The position numbers and the translations under genes were made by a program. From Deinococcales bacterium (lineage in GTDB: Bacteria; Deinococcota; Deinococci; Deinococcales; JAAFIG01): a stretch of DNA of 64,000 nucleotides. Below are positions 61,855 to 64,000 of the stretch, in pieces. Position 1 is the stretch's first letter; each line of letters starts with the position of its first letter. Below the pieces are notes generated by a model. It was not told where the DNA came from, searched no databases, and was given only the letters and a program-made list of their open reading frames with translations. The DNA is taken from contig JANNVX010000067.1 of the NCBI GenBank assembly GCA_031414595.1, positions 23,102 to 87,101 on the forward strand. Direction: 5' to 3'.

Positions 61855-62913
61855 ATGGTTTTTGATGCAATTTCGTTTTTACTCGGTGGTTTGATTTTTG
61901 GTGTGCTGGTTTGGGGTTTACAATCGTATCTGAATCGTCCTCAAAAAACCTTGCATACGCAAGAACTGCGCGAAGTTAAACAACAACTTTCCAGTGCTAA
62001 ACAAGAGATGGAGCGTGTAAAAACGCACTTGAGTGAAAAAACGGCAACCGCCACGCAACTCGAGGCAACCCAAGTCGAACTTAAACAACGTCTGCCTAAA
62101 CTCGAGGGGTTTGAACGTGCCAACGCAGATTTGCGTTTGCAAATGCAGGGTTTTGATAATGTCAAAGCCAAACTCGAGGCGGCAGAAACCCAACTGCAAA
62201 GTCTGAAACAAAAAGCGGCTGAGTTTGACGGGTTACAAAGTAAATTGGAAGCTGTGCAAACAGAATTTATGGCACTGAAAACCAAAACGTCTGGATTTGA
62301 AACCATTCAAGCCAAAGCCAGTCGCACCGACGAACTCGAGCAGAGCATGGCAAAAATCGAACTCGAGAAAGCCAATATGCTCAAAGAAGTCAATACAGCC
62401 GTTCTCAAAGCCTCAGATGCCGAGGCAGCCCAAGCAAAACTGAAAGCCAGCCTTAACGAAAGCGTGGCAGAAGTGGCTCGAGTCAGGGCGGGAATGCAGC
62501 AATTTGAGGGCTTAAAGGCACGGATAGACGAACTTGAAGCCAGAGGAGTTTCAAACGAAACCCAAGCCAAACTTGATGGTTTAGAAACTGAACTGAGTGC
62601 CTATAAAGCCCGTGTGACTCAACTCGAAACCGCCAGCAACACAGAACTTGAATTGACTCGAGGGCGAATTCGTGAACTCGAGAACGTCGTGCAACCCGAA
62701 GTGCATGTTGTGGAAACGGCAGAGCTTGTGCATGTCGTAGAAACGGCACAGCTTGTTGATGTTGTGCAAACCAAGGAAATGGTTGCCGTGACCGAAGTTA
62801 TAGAACCAGTTCAACTCGAGAATGCGGTATCGGAAATCCAAGCAATCAGTGAAGTGACGCAAAGCACCGAACCCGAGTCAGCCCCAACTGATTTAAGTCC
62901 CAGCCAGTCCTAA
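61855..62913 (+). CDS. Membrane-anchored coiled-coil protein
   Basis: N-terminal TM, long heptad region, 9-aa tandem repeats near the C-terminus. Confidence 0.75.
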   Translation: MVFDAISFLLGGLIFGVLVWGLQSYLNRPQKTLHTQELREVKQQLSSAKQEMERVKTHLSEKTATATQLEATQVELKQRLPKLEGFERANADLRLQMQGFDNVKAKLEAAETQLQSLKQKAAEFDGLQSKLEAVQTEFMALKTKTSGFETIQAKASRTDELEQSMAKIELEKANMLKEVNTAVLKASDAEAAQAKLKASLNESVAEVARVRAGMQQFEGLKARIDELEARGVSNETQAKLDGLETELSAYKARVTQLETASNTELELTRGRIRELENVVQPEVHVVETAELVHVVETAQLVDVVQTKEMVAVTEVIEPVQLENAVSEIQAISEVTQSTEPESAPTDLSPSQS

Positions 62914-63477
62914 TTCTGTGGCAGATGCACGAAGCCCAGCTATTACGTTTTCGATGTGCTGCTCGAGGGTAAGCTCGGGCAGGATGCCTTGTAATTCTTG
63001 TAATCCAAGGGCAATGTCTTGGCGGTTCACACCTTTGGCAAAGGCTTTGTCTTTAAGTTTTTTCTTGACACTGTTCATCTCGAGATTATGAATACTTTTA
63101 TCGGGACGGACATAGGTCGCGGCAGTGCAGAACCCACACAATTCATCCACGGCAAAAAGCGCAATGGCGAGTTTAGTGACTCGAGCCACACCACTGCCTG
63201 TGTAATGCCCAAGAATCGCTTCAAGAATTTTTTCGGATAATGCTGTATTTTGGCGCAAATAATTTACCCCCCAAAATGGATGACCATTTTCGCCAAGGTC
63301 TGGATGCGATTCATAATCAAAGTCGTGTAGTAAACCAGTAATTGCAAATTCGGTTTTGTCTTCGCCTAATATTCCAGCATAGTGAACCATGGCGGCTTCA
63401 ACAGCCAACATGTGTTTACGCAAAGAATCGGATTTTGTAAATTCACACACCAAGTTAAACGCTTCGTCTCGAGTCAT
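62893..63477 (-). CDS. HD-domain phosphohydrolase
   Basis: LRKHMLAV, GLLHDFDYE, FAVDEL, AFAKGVNR. Confidence 0.9.
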   Translation of the reverse strand: MTRDEAFNLVCEFTKSDSLRKHMLAVEAAMVHYAGILGEDKTEFAITGLLHDFDYESHPDLGENGHPFWGVNYLRQNTALSEKILEAILGHYTGSGVARVTKLAIALFAVDELCGFCTAATYVRPDKSIHNLEMNSVKKKLKDKAFAKGVNRQDIALGLQELQGILPELTLEQHIENVIAGLRASATELGLAGT

Positions 63478-63492
63478 AAACAGCAGTTTAAC

Positions 63493-63860
63493 CTACTCGA
63501 GCGGTGGCAGTTGCGCGTATAGGTTTGAAAGTACAATTTCAAAATCTAAACTCGGAAAAACTAGGGTAGCATCACCCTCGAGTGTATTGTAACGCCAACC
63601 AGACTCGTCCCTCGAGTACACCTCGGCTTTCGGTTCGTCTTGAGATAACAAAATATATTGTTCTAAACTGGGAATTTGCTGGTAGGTTTGCCATTTTTCG
63701 CCTCGGTCTACGGCTTCGGTGCTGCTTGATAAAACTTCGATAATAATCGTAGGGAAATACTGGGTGCGTTTATCCTGCTTGGCATTCTGAGCAACAATGT
63801 AGGCATCTGGATAATAACCACGCCCAGTCGGTGTTTTTAGAATGACATCATGATAGATAT
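63493..63860 (-). pseudogene. 5'-truncated Uma2-family endonuclease
   Basis: YYPD..IIIEVLSSSTEAVDRGEKWQTYQQIPSLEQYILLSQ; upstream in-frame stop and no N-terminal part. Confidence 0.75.
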
Positions 63861-64000
63861 CAATAGTCTGGAACGTTTTTTAAATTTAAGAAATTAAAAG
63901 TGGAAGCCCTACTGTAAGCTGTGAGTGTCTAAACCAACGCTCCAAAAAGGCTTCCATGACTATCTTAAACCAAATTCTGACCTTAGCGGGTATTCGCAAA

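Noticed and set aside
62701-62790. 27-bp tandem repeat as a DNA-level element
   Set aside because: It is an in-frame 9-aa low-complexity protein repeat (VHVVETAEL) with synonymous divergence.

Overview
64 kb of chromosomal DNA from a bacterium that is most likely in the Deinococcota. This inference rests on the Deinococcus-like ClpC, response regulator, short MutL and CrtO-like proteins and on many leaderless -10 promoters; GC is only about 45-50% by eye. Housekeeping genes (dxs, tyrS, clpC, tmk, mutL, rsmE, alaS, glpK, hutUGIH) are interspersed with small accessory cassettes: three toxin-antitoxin pairs, an ArsR/ArsN cluster, a BcgI-like restriction-modification pair and a truncated Uma2 gene. 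No rRNA, tRNA, CRISPR array or intact transposase was seen. Main observations: (1) a ~39-bp GCG...CAAGAA micro-element in five copies, inserted without target duplication into hairpin repeats and nested into itself; (2) roughly 20-fold over-representation of CTCGAG with GATC avoidance, reminiscent of cyanobacterial HIP1; (3) two STAND-ATPase/TPR/C-terminal SARP-type regulators beside three promoters sharing GTTAC-N6-GTTAC-N11-(-10), in front of surface proteins and a 42-aa lipopeptide; (4) a candidate leader-peptide attenuator on tyrS; (5) a MazF-type TA cassette flanked by a duplication of the overlapping rsmE/alaS 3' ends. All counts are by hand and all family calls are from motif recognition, not database searches.
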